The notes below the pieces were generated by a model, which did not search any database, was not told the origin of the DNA, and saw only the letters and a list, made by a program, of their open reading frames with translations. A DNA stretch of 64,000 nt from contig NW_020846635.1 in assembly GCF_003704095.1 (NCBI RefSeq), positions 186,001 to 250,000 on the forward strand, in the 5' to 3' direction. This stretch comes from Pocillopora damicornis. Lineage: Eukaryota. Every line of letters begins with the position of its first letter. The stretch's first letter is position 1. The position numbers and the translations under genes are program-made. This document shows positions 26,231 through 37,978 of the stretch, piece by piece.

Positions 26231-26897
26231 CCAAATCCGTCGATCCGCGAACCCATTCACCCTCTCGTTGATAAAAACCCTTTATTAAGGATGGGACGAG
26301 TCCTTTTCTTTTCAAGGTTTTTGAATGTTGGCTTTTGGCTTGATTTTAAAAATGAGCTTGGTTGGGCGTTGCTAATGGCTGCTCAGACTTTGTTGGTCTT
26401 GCTTAAACATTGCTCATGTATCATAATAAGTCAGAACAAGTGTTCATGATTTTACTACAATTCATTTTTGTTCTCGCTCTTGTCTGTCTTACAAGTGGAG
26501 TCTTCTGTCGGAAAATTTCGCCAACCTGCGCTATTTCAAACCCAAGCCGGCTACTGGAGCGAAAATACGAGACAGATAATTCCAAAGCTCAGTGTTCAAT
26601 TACCTTTACTTCTTAATTTACATTCTGACTGAGCTTAGCATCTCAGTTAAAGAAACCTGCCGCCATCATGTAACTGCCACCGGAAATGGCCATGTTGAAA
26701 TGAGGAGTGTCTCAGAACGTTATGAACTTAATGTATGCAGCTTTTAACGAAAAAAAAATTTAAATATTAAACTTACGTCATTGCCAAATTGTGCAAGTTT
26801 TGCGGGACAAACGCTTTTTCGTGATAGATTTAGAAAGATGCCGTAGACTTGTAATTCAGTGGTCGAAGCAGAAAGATATTGAAAACTTTTCCACAAG

Positions 26898-26977
26898 ATC
26901 CTCCCCCGAGGATTCGAACCTGAAACCTTCTGACATTGCTGCATCGAAGAGTTTTAACATACTTCCCATATGCTGCT
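26898..26977 (-). pseudogene. tRNA-derived fragment (SINE head or pseudo-tRNA)
   Basis: The minus strand has a B-box GGTTCGAATCC (26920-26910) about 55 nt from a putative 5' end. No complete cloverleaf can be formed. Confidence 0.35.
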
Positions 26978-28768
26978 AGGGATAACAAATTCTTTGAGAA
27001 ACCATTTTATATTTAAGCAAGTAAAAATCCTTCATTCTTGCAATGTTATTAGTCATACATAGAATAAATTGTGCAAGTCTATCGTTCGTGGATAGAAATG
27101 TTTGAGCCCCGTGAGACAAAGGAGCAATGAAATGAGTATGAAAAAAAAGCCAAGACTTGTCAACTCGATAATCCTTGCAAGCTCTTTCCGTAACTGATCA
27201 GACAAGAATATAATCCATGTGATGTTTTAAATTCACTCAATCATTTTTAATAAAACCCTTGAAGAATGTTTAACTGAGAAGGATAAGATTGATAACTGAC
27301 AAACTTATTGAAAAGCAAAGTCCACAGCTCGAATGGAACATGGAACATGGATCTATCCAGACCCGAATATGGAAGGACTAGAAGGCTGCCTAATGATCAT
27401 GATTTGCCTCTAATAACATAGTTTGTATTAAGAGACTGGCGCAAAATCGGAATTTTTTTACAGTCCCACTTTTTATCGCGTATGTCCAAAAGACACAAGG
27501 GCTCGTTATTGTTTCGCCGCCTGTCTATAAATAAATCAATCTCTCTGTAAAACAATTCTGATTTATTTTGTCAGTTCAAATATGTATGTCGAGTTTTGAA
27601 GGCTTAAATCAATGTTTTCAATGTTTTCGGCCTACATAGGATCGATTTGCGGTATATCTTTCATTTAAAATGATACAGACCCTTGTCGGTTTTCCGCCAT
27701 CGAGTAAATACTTTTTAAAGGCAAACATCCTCAATAGCGAACATGCTGGGCAATCGTTCAAATGGGTTTTACAGCCCTTCAGTGAAAGAATGAGCTTCGT
27801 TGAAAACATATCAATTCTTGTTTATAGTGTCACCGAGTTGAAATAAACAACTGCAAACAAACAACACCGATATCGGCTTGCCTGACTGATTTAAACTTTT
27901 TTGAAGACAAGTCCTTTGTTCTTTAAAATATGTTGGTTAATATTCTCAACTGAAAGAGCATTTTCTGCGTGAAATACAGTTGAACAACTTTAAGTTCACG
28001 TCACTCGGGGATCTGTATGGGTTCTCGGAAGGCGTTGCATTGCTCCAGAGGAAATTTCCTCGAAAATCGGTAATGTTTTCATCACATTGTGTCAGGGTTA
28101 AGGATATATCCGGCGTGTAGTAAATTTTTTTCTATTTTCGTTTTTTTTCAAGGACTGTTTAAACCATTTAGCAGGCAAATTAGAGTCGGCAATGAGTCGG
28201 CAATTTCCCTCTACAAGTTATATCAATGACGCTCATTCCGAGAATGTTGAAATGTTACTTGTCCAACGCTACTTCGTATGACAACAGAGTTAAAACATAT
28301 TTTGCGGCCACCCACTAGGAAATGATCGCCGTCTTTTTCAAACGTGTGCGTTTGTAAAACGTCTTTCAATTTAATGAAAAGTTTCTAGTTTTTGGTGTAA
28401 ATCATAATGGAAAAACCACTGCAATCATCGGAAACCATATTTAAGTGGCTTCCAGCTATTTTGGTCTTAAAAGTCGGCTTTTAATAAGGTTAGCCTTATA
28501 GAAGCCGATTCGCAGCGAGTGTTGAAGTGTATTAGACACAAATTGCAATTCTGGGCAATGCCACGAAAACAAGGTAATTCAAGCAGGAAATTGCGGATTG
28601 AGAAACCTGCAACGTTATCCTAACAATGGCCACTTCCCGCGGTCATGCAACTCATCAGGGACAGCTTGNNNNNNNNNNNNNNNNNNNNNNNNNNNNNNNN
28701 NNNNNNNNNNNNNNNNNNNNNNNNNNNNNNNNNNNNNNNNNNNNNNNNNNNNNNNNNNNNNNNNNNNN

Positions 28769-29580
28769 GAAGCTGTGAAGTGCATGCTAAATTGGGTTGT
28801 TCATCATCTTCATTGTCCAGGTTATCAGTTGCCTAACTGTCATACAAGCTAAACTTGCATCCTTTATACATTAATGCAAGGACATGGTTACAATAACCCA
28901 CTCTTCCAGCTTTACACGAACAGTTGGCATGCATAACTTCACCTGAAACGATTCAAAGCGCAAAACGAAGACTGTGTGGAGCATCATTCTTCCTGAAGCT
29001 ATGATAGCATTTGGCTCTCAGGTAGAGGTACCTTTGATCGTTGTTTGCTTCTATATCTTTGAGATACTCATCCTTTAAAAATGTCTTCGCTTTTCTCAAG
29101 TTCGTGGGAATCGAATGATTGTCAGCATTACCCACTTTCTTCCCAGAACTTTCAATGTGCTGGTTCATTTCGGCCCTCGAAAACGGCGGCATCCTTTCAA
29201 GTGATTTTCCCCAGCCATCACTTGGATACTTTGGGGCTGGAGTTTCAGGGGAGCGTTCGGCCGGCAGGTTTGAAAGCCTGGTCTTTCTTCTCGTATAAAT
29301 CTTATCTTTATCCGGATCGACCACCATCTTATCTCGACCAGACGTGATATATTCTTGGACTCTATAATAAAAAGAAAGATTATCAATGTAAAAGTTCCGC
29401 CAAAGCCACGTGTATAAATAGTTGCGTATGCTCACCGTTTGACAAAGCACGCTTTAGTCTTGAGTCCTTTAAGAGAATCACCGCGGCACCCTAGTCAAAA
29501 CTTCAGTTCTTCATTCTTTAAGGATGAAGGATTTCTCCCATTCAAGGAAGCACCGGGTATATCGTTCTCGGTGAGAATAA
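28769..29580 (-). pseudogene. Transposon-associated SAP + SWIM zinc-finger ORF (N-terminal part of the SWIM/YqaJ-nuclease ORF type of ISL2EU/Kolobok-like elements), disrupted
   Basis: Exon 29580-29436 encodes ILTENDIPGASLNGRNPSSLKNEELKF*LGCRGDSLKGLKTKA (SAP-like). A GT-AG intron spans 29435-29362. Exon 29361-28769 encodes VQEYITSG...DGW...KCYHSFRKNDAPH...GEVMHANCSCKAGKSGYCNHVLALM...ACTSQL (SWIM CxC-x7-CxH). It has in-frame stops and is truncated by a gap. Confidence 0.7.
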
Positions 29581-29581
29581 T

Positions 29582-29998
29582 AGGGACTTTAAGCAGCTTC
29601 GTCGAGGACGAAAACGAGAACGAAATTATGACGTGGCATGCTCTAGGACACTGGGACGAGAACATCGTTTTCGGCGCGAAAATTGAAAGTTAAGCACCTG
29701 CGTCATGTACAAAGACGAAGACGTCAACAAGTGAGGCTCAACAAGTGGTGGTTTTAGTTATGTCGTCGTTTAAAGACATCAGGGATTTTGTTTTTGTTGG
29801 ATATGCCCACGACATGTTTGATGATGAAGAATTCTGCCTTCTCTATGACTTTTATTAGTCGAAGAATCTGGATTTTCCTTACAACTCGTACGCGTCGTTC
29901 GATTTGGGGGAAATGGATCCTGCTGAGTGTTATACCGAGTTTCGAGTCGAGAAATGGCACATTCCCTTGCTGGCAGACAGGCTACAGATTCCCCCAAC
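29582..29998 (+). mobile_element. PIF/Harbinger-group (PHIS) DNA transposon, 5' end, copy 1 (cut by gap)
   Basis: Starts AGGGACTTTAAGCAGC and is highly similar to 30162-30578. It includes the transposase N-terminus MSSFKDIRDF... Confidence 0.8.
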
Positions 29999-30161
29999 NN
30001 NNNNNNNNNNNNNNNNNNNNNNNNNNNNNNNNNNNNNNNNNNNNNNNNNNNNNNNNNNNNNNNNNNNNNNNNNNNNNNNNNNNNNNNNNNNNNNNNNNTG
30101 CAAAATCTCCAGATTCTTTGGGAATTGATAAGGCTGTATGTATTGTAGTACCGTTGATATT

Positions 30162-31124
30162 AGGGACCTTAAGCAGCTTCGTAGAGGACGAAAACAAGAA
30201 CAAAATTATGACGTGGCATGCTCTAGGACACTGGGACGAGAACATCGTTTTCGGCGCGAAAATTGAAAGTTAAGCACCCGCATCTTGTACAAAGACGAAG
30301 ACGTCAACAAGTGAGGCTCAACAAGTAGTGGTTTTAGTAATGTCGTCGTTTAAAGACATCAGGGATTTTGTTTTTGTTGGATATGCCCACGACACGTTTG
30401 ATGACAAAGAATTCTGCCTTCTCTATGACTTTTATCAGTCGAAGAATCCGGATTTTCCTTACAACTCGTTTGCGCCGTTCGATTTGGGGGAAATGGATCC
30501 TGCTGAGTGTTATACCGAGTTTCAAGTCGAGAAATGGCACATTCCCTTGCTGGCAGACAGGCTACAGATTCCCCCAACATTCCAGTGCCCACAGCGTTCC
30601 GTTTGCGATGGCACAGAAGGGCTATGTATGCTACTGAACCAACTGGCTTACCCCTGTCGATACAGTGATATGGTGCACAGATTTGCAAGGCTAGTTCCGG
30701 TCTAAAGCATGATAACAAATACTGTTCTCGATTATGTCTATGACAAGCATGGCCACAGACTAACTCAGTGGAACAATCAAGTTATGGACCCCACCATTTG
30801 CAGCAATATGCAGACGTAATTTCAGCTAAAGGCTCTCCCTTGGACAACTGTTTTGGTTTTGTCAATGGCACAGTTCGGCCAATAAGTCGCCCAGGACAGC
30901 ACCAGAGGGCTGTATACAATGGACACAAGAGAGTCCATGCATTAAAATTTCAATCTGTTGCTCTACCCAATGGGTTAATAGGAAACCTATATGACCCAAT
31001 AGGTAATAATAATTATAATAATGTATGGAATTATTTATGCATGGTAGTCTCTTCAGTTTAAAATTGTTAGTTAAAAATAACCCTGAAAAATAAATAGAAA
31101 GATGAAGAAAATAAAAAAACTTAA
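30162..31124 (+). mobile_element. PIF/Harbinger-group (DDE_Tnp_4-type) transposon, copy 2, with pseudogenised transposase (30340-31002)
   Basis: Encodes EGLCMLLNQLAYPCRYSDMVHRF...LDNCFGFVNGTVRPISRPGQHQRAVYNGHKRVHALKFQSVALPNGLIGNL. The first catalytic D is N, there is a stop at 30703-30705 and a frameshift near 30790, and a donor at 31003. The 5' terminus is TTA|GGGACCTTAAGCAG. Confidence 0.85.
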
Positions 31125-31446
31125 NNNNNNNNNNNNNNNNNNNNNNNNNNNNNNNNNNNNNNNNNNNNNNNNNNNNNNNNNNNNNNNNNNNNNNNNNNNN
31201 NNNNNNNNNNNNNNNNNNNNNNNNATGCGCTAGATTCCAGACCGTTCCGCGCGGCGGCCATTTATGAATACGGTGTATTGTAATCTATTATCGAGTTTCA
31301 TCTTTACGTCAAATAATAAATCAATCAATTGCTCGGTATATATAGTGGCATCATCTTTCCATGTATTTGACATACCGTAGTTCAATCGAGCGACGGATAG
31401 ATGCCGAAGCTCGTCCTTTAGCTAGTTGCTCTCGCTATATGTCATT

Positions 31447-32229
31447 ATGTGGTGGGTTCTATGGCTTGCCAATTTGATTGCAGTTTCGGGGAGCGATATA
31501 TCTTGCGGGGATGCTATCAATAACTGCCAAAAGGACTTCGCAGGATGCGGATTGGCACTCTACAAAATTTTTAAAAGAACAAAGTGTCTTACCGCGTTAG
31601 GTCTCGCTTTTGAATCGGTCGGGATCCGAGTAACCAGACCGATGAAAAAGACTTGTCCACTGAGTTGTGTGAGTGCGATCAACAACCTAACCGCTACGAA
31701 TGCAGGTAAAGCGATGGAAACATGTAACTGTCGCAGAGACTCAACGTGTCTAACATCGAAGGCACGCTTGAAGCGATGCGTCCTCAGTAGAACTACAAAT
31801 TACACTGTCTTTAGTTGCACCCAGGCTAGAAGACGATGTAATGACAACAAGGATTGTAAACGAATACAATTTAGCTTTTTGAGGCGATGTACAAAGCTTA
31901 TCTCGGGTTTGGAATGCACAAAGGATTGTTTAAACAGCCAAGACGAATTGCTGAATTCAGATCTGGGTAAAGCGCTCAACGATTGCGAGTGCGACGGGTT
32001 TGAGGAGCCGTACTGCCGTGGTATTCGCGCAAACTACGAGGAACTGTGTGTTGGACCCAGAGGGCCTCGCAATTCGGACGCCAGTCTTACTCCTCTTCCA
32101 ACAGAGAATATAGTACAGAAATTAAGATCTTCTGGACAAACTCGCTCAGCCTTTTCACAGTTTGAGCTTCCTGTATGGATTCTGTATGCTGCAATCGCGG
32201 CATATGTATACATGTTTTACAATCTATAG
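31447..32229 (+). CDS. GAS1: Growth arrest-specific 1-like protein (two GDNF-receptor/GAS1 Cys-rich domains, signal peptide, GPI-signal-like C-terminus), single exon, 260 aa
   Basis: Signal peptide MWWVLWLANLIAVSG. CPLSCVSAINNL...METCNC...C and CTQARRRC..C...C.KLISGLECTKDC...LNDCECDGFEEPYC match the GAS1 cysteine spacing. It has a hydrophobic C-terminal tail and is intronless, like vertebrate GAS1. Confidence 0.9.
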   Translation: MWWVLWLANLIAVSGSDISCGDAINNCQKDFAGCGLALYKIFKRTKCLTALGLAFESVGIRVTRPMKKTCPLSCVSAINNLTATNAGKAMETCNCRRDSTCLTSKARLKRCVLSRTTNYTVFSCTQARRRCNDNKDCKRIQFSFLRRCTKLISGLECTKDCLNSQDELLNSDLGKALNDCECDGFEEPYCRGIRANYEELCVGPRGPRNSDASLTPLPTENIVQKLRSSGQTRSAFSQFELPVWILYAAIAAYVYMFYNL

Positions 32230-35200
32230 CCGTATTGTTTACTTATAAACCAGACTTTGGACAGATCCTGTTCGATAGGAAATTGGAAAATTTGTGCGCC
32301 AGCTTTCATTGCTTCATTCGCGTTGTTTTTATAAGTGTTGTAGCCGCTCCAAATGTTATCCAGTTGTGCCATGCGTTTTCAATCGCCGTCCACAGCACTG
32401 TACATCGCATGCATGCTGACAAAAAAAATCCTTTCGGAAGAATTGTACAAAGCTTTCCATCCTGTCCAAATATTTTTTGGATTATTGCTAGGGTTGTTGA
32501 TAATTTTAAAGTTGAATCGAGCTCATCAAGTGTTTATATAACATTTTGGAATTTGGGTTTTATTTTGGTTGAGTTCACTGTCAGGCCTCCCGGCGTAACG
32601 CTCGACATACGCGGCGTTATTAGAAGAAAGAGATTCGATTAGCGGAGCGATTTGAGTTCATCTTACTTAAGGACGTTTGAACGAGATAGCATCAATTGCC
32701 AGTCAATTGTGGTCAATGTGTTCTTTGCGTAATCTTTACACGACAACTGTTTGACAAACTCGGTTTGTTGTGATCTGTTTTCTTTTGGACGTAAATTGTA
32801 CGCTCTAAGCAAAACATTAAAGAATGCTTGAAATAGCGCCTTTATTGTTATAATCTTGAGGTCGTCGGGGCATTCTATGCTGTGAGTAAGGTCATTTTAG
32901 ATAGGCATTTATGTCGGCTAATCGAGCGCTAGAGAGTTTCATATCGTGGATTAGCAAGCGATTATACCAGGAGATATTTCCATGTATTTACTCACCGTTT
33001 TTCACGGTTTTGTGCAGAAAAAATCTCTTTCAAGTGACGAAGCATTCTCCCGTTGCATCGATCAGAATAACTTGAATTGTTCCGAGGGCAAAAGAAATTC
33101 AGCAACGACCCTGAGTTGAATGAATTCAAATGAAAATGTATTTCGAGGTATTTAATGTTAGAATGAATGTATTAAAATAAATCTCCTATATGAATAATCT
33201 TTGTGAGTTCACACGCCCTAAAATAAACGATATATCCTGCGGAAATCAGATGCTAAACTTCGCCCTCTCCAAGAAAATAAGCATGTCACCAAAAAAAATA
33301 TTATAGCAAAAAAAAAACAAAAAAAAATCATATTTCGATGCTGGGAATTATTTGTGATACAAACTTAACCGTTTTTTTTTCCTTTTTAACACCTTCCCTC
33401 AAAAGTTTCCAACAAAGCTTTGATCTCCTCGAAACCCAATGATTTTACGAAAACGGATCTGTACCTTCACCTCGGATAGTTTTTGTTGTGTTGTAGGGGT
33501 TTATTACTTGTTAAAGATAAACGTTAACACAGGCAGCACCATTTCGATCAATTATGGGTGAACTGTGTATGGAATGTATTCTGACACAAGGGGTTTATAG
33601 TTTAAACTGTGTTGTCACATTTCAGTTACACCTGAAAGCTAAAAGCACGAAGACTTCAGGGTAAACAGACAGAAAATCATATTTTGCTGATTTCACAGAT
33701 GATACACTCAAGTGTTGATGAAACAATAATCATTTCCTGATCTCCCATGCAGAATTAATCCACTGAACTGGAAATTGTACGAGATTTTATCGACCACTTG
33801 GCTAAGACTACATAATTTCTTCATTGATAATAGCATAGTTTTTTAACCTCCTCGGAAGCACACGGGCCAAAAATGGCTTGTCCGCTCACTCCAGGAAAAA
33901 GCATTACTTAAAGTACTGAAATGGCTTCATACTGAGAGAACGGCTTATGAAAATTTAAAAAATAAACAATAAAAAAATCCACAAAACAAGCAGTTGCAAT
34001 CTCGGCAAGCTACACGTATAGAATTGGTTTCGGTTTCTACGGAACACCAGCGTTCGAGCATGAATTTAATGGAATCTCATTAGCTAAGAGCTTTCACTAA
34101 AATGCTAAAATTAAGCGTAGTCATTGTAACGTGTTTCACCAGTTTTATATTTCCACTTTTTAAAAGTTTTATGTTTCTAATGAATGTCTCCCTTGGTGCA
34201 AAAGTCCAGCAAGCCTCGTATACGTGTACAAAAAGGTCTCAGTAACTCGTTTGGGTGAGGGAAGACGTTGTTGGACATATCTGTTTTATTATTCAGGGTT
34301 ATATTTACGAATATGACGAGACACGACAAAAGAAATAAGAGGTTATTTAGATGGATTCCAAGACTGACTGTTGATAGGACGCGAGACGCGTCGCAAATAA
34401 AAAATAGCATTTATGCGGCCGAAGAAGTCAACAAACTTTATTAGTTTTAAAAAATCCAGATGTCTGGGAAATGGTTGTCAGTCGCTCTGGTTTCATCAGA
34501 CGCACCGACTTTTGACTTTTTAAGTTCTAGAATCCTCAAAGAGTAATGGCAAAGATCTATAACGCGAGGAAAGACATAACGAGCATTTTCTAGTGTCGAG
34601 TTTCTCCCGATGCCTTCAACGTCTGCTTGAATCACGAAAGTCAATTGATCCGAAAGTGGAGTTAAACTTTGGAAAAAAAAGGTGAGGGGCGATATCACAT
34701 ACGATACCTCACTTTTATTTAAGAGTATAAAAACCTCAGAGATAAAGATTTCTGCTATCTTGAGGATCGCTTACAGCACCGAACGACACAAACTAAAGAC
34801 CACGAGACAAGAATTTCCGCCCGCCATATTCAATTACAATCTATTTTTCATCCAGGGATGTTGATCATAAGGTCATTGGTGTCTAATTTAGTGAAAATTT
34901 GTTTCCTTTTAATCCTGCAGCGAATTGATGATCACCAAACGTTGCCACCAATCCTTCGATGTAACCATCAGAAAACGGCTACTCTCTAAATTCCATAATA
35001 AAGGGTTTACTTAATCGGTCCTTGAGATGTCCATGACTGTGTCTGTAGTATATCATCCATTTTTCCCAACATTATTGCTTTTAGCTTCCGTTCCAAGTGA
35101 TAACCTCGAACGTGCATATGTCATCAAGCTCTTTGCATTACAAATATTTCCTTTAGTACTGCAAACCATACCCCCGGGGAGGTTGTCTCTCGTTCGAAAA

Positions 35201-37948
35201 ATAATAGGAATTAACGCACTTTTCAGGTGATTTCCTCATCATTAAACCTTTATTCTTTTAACATTGAATAACTTTAAGTGTAGCTGTTGTTAATACAGAA
35301 AAATGCAGTCACAGCACTTTGACAGACAATATGACATATGGACTATATTATTAAGTGTTTGTCACATCGAAGGACACTTCGCACATAAACAAAGCCCTGC
35401 CCAATAGTTGTTGGCACAATATATGATCTGAACGAAAATAAGTTTAAAATCCAATTAACTCTTTTATTTTTCTCCGATCCTGCTTCGAATGTGCTGGTGT
35501 AGAAGTGAGAGACGTTCTCGAGTTCTATTGTTTCAATGGTTTATAAGTTTATTTTCACAAAGGGAATCGCTGATTTGGCCGCAACTAAAGAAGAATGTAA
35601 CCAACAGTTCCGAAAACACGTGTTTTTTTGGCATCCAGTATATTTCAAGATGGTGTACTCTGCGCCGGAGCAGTGCCTTGAAGTTCCGCCAAATATACAC
35701 ATCGGCTCCTACAGTTAAATACTTAGAGGCCTTGTTTTGGCAACATAATTGGTCGGCATGCAAAAAGGAAAGAGAGCTAGGGGGAAATTCTATTCCAGCT
35801 CAAGGAGCTGAGAGCGACTCAGGTCCTTGCGCCCAAATAAATTTGAAATTATCCCTTTTCCGTCTCCTTGTTTAATGAAGATGAAGGTTAATCCCGAAAG
35901 AAACGCTAGTAAGGTTTTGGCCCAACAACAAAAGGGTAAATGGACTTTCTGTAGTAGTTTATGTTCATAAAACATTCAGGTATTATTGTTCTTCGGGTTT
36001 GAGAAGAAAATGAAATACATGAATCAACCTGTTGCATACCACAGTTGAGAATGTTAATTGAAAAACTTTTATAAATTGTTATTAGATGCGACTTTTGACC
36101 AAAAAGGGCACGAATTCCACGAATGCTTAATTAATTAAAAGACGTTATCAAGCATTTCGCGAAAGATATTGAAATTTGATAAAAGAGACACTGATAAGGA
36201 GAGAGGTCGAGCATAAAGTTCACCGAAAACAATAAAAAAGTGAACCTTTTGCTTTCAACCCTTTGTGTGTTGAAAAGGAAATATTTTCATTAACAGTGAT
36301 CTAGAGTTCTTTATTTGTCGTTTTTTTTCAAGGTTGATGTGAAAATTTTAGGAAAGTGATTGGAATCAGAGTTCCGTTTTGCTCATTACTAATGCTGTAA
36401 ACCTTATGGTTAAACTCATCCGCGGTAAACAGTTTTCCGTGAAGTTAATGTATTTAGAGAACAGTTCGCATCATCTTTACCCTCTTCGCAGAGTGTTATT
36501 GTCTGATTAACAAAAGACCCTTAAATGGGGGTTACTGGTGTTTAAGTGTATAAAAAATCTTTAAATTATATTGTAAACTGCTGTGAGAGATTGTGGTCAA
36601 GCCAAAGATATTCAAATGAAAATGTCGTTAATGTTCATGATATACTTTGCAACCCCCCTATCTGCGACCTCTTGAATACTGCGTGTTTCCATCACTACCA
36701 CAGACAAAATTACCTGCTATTTACGGAGAGAGGCGAGAAACAATAATCTATACAACCCCTCGAAGGTGTGTACCCTCTTCGAATAAATGGGAAAGTTATG
36801 CGTGCTAGAGAATTGATGAATTGGGGGTAATGCGGTAATCAGACAGGCAAGCCTATTAGCAAGGTGCTCTTTCTGCACGCAACAGACTTCGGGTAACTGT
36901 TTTGGAAACGCTTGTGTTAATCAGCTTAACTCAACTTTTTAACATCTTTAATTTTTGAAATTGGATAGCGTGGTTTCGTCATTGAAAATCTAATCCAACG
37001 ATATAAAAATCAAATTTAAAAGGCGTCCATATGGCTTGTAAAATTAGTTGTTTCTTCAATCACGAGTTACCAACGTGCTGCGGTTCGTTTACGTTGCGCG
37101 TTTCTGTCAGTGCGTTTCTTCTACTTTCTGTGAGAAAACTCCAGGTGCAAGTTACTCTTTTTTTGGCTCTTTCCTAATCCGTTCAAACAAATCTGATCTA
37201 CCATTCCATTACCAATTGCATGACATGTCTAACTGAATATTTATGGTGCATGTTATTACTAATATTGTACTTCCCCAACACCATTTTCTAAAGGGCTACT
37301 TTATAGATTTCGATATTTAAAGTTATTTGCTAACCCTGAAACATCAACCATTAATTTAGCCGGTATCTGTGATTTGACGCCTAAGGTTTGTTCGTATGGA
37401 CTCGTGCGAAAGTCACTTATACGAGAACGTCGGGCTTACATAAATAGGCCGCAGTTCTCGTAGGAAATTCTTTGTGTAAATTCCTTTTCCCAAGCTTTTC
37501 AATCATCGCCTCAGTTCAGAGTTAATTACTTATCTGTAGTAAACAAATATGATATATGTTTGTCGGCTTGATGACAGCTCTGGTCGAAGATCTATGCACT
37601 TATAATAGTTTATAGAACTGCTAAATTAGATAAGTTATTTCCATAAAATTATTTCAGCGTTCGGGACACAATATTCGGCGTTATCTACACCCAAATCTAT
37701 GAGGGCTTCGTGCTTTAAAACTAGCCTAGGAGATTGGATTATCAGATCTAAAGCTTGACTCGTGCGAAAGTCATTTCAACAACAATGTCGGACTTTGAAG
37801 TTCATGGTTGGATCCTGGCCATGCGAGTACTAGAGTACTGTTTATAATTCCAGCGACATTGATTAAACATTGATTAAATAAAAAGAGAAGGAACAAACAA
37901 CAAAACAAGGCAAACGGACAATAATAACTAAGAGTTGCAATGAAATAA

Positions 37949-37978
37949 CAATAATAATAATAATAATAAAAATAATAA
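37949..37978. repeat. (AAT)n microsatellite
   Basis: caataataataataataataaaaataataa, read directly. Confidence 0.8.

Noticed and set aside
26898-26977. Functional tRNA gene
   Set aside because: A B-box is present, but the acceptor and anticodon stems do not pair.
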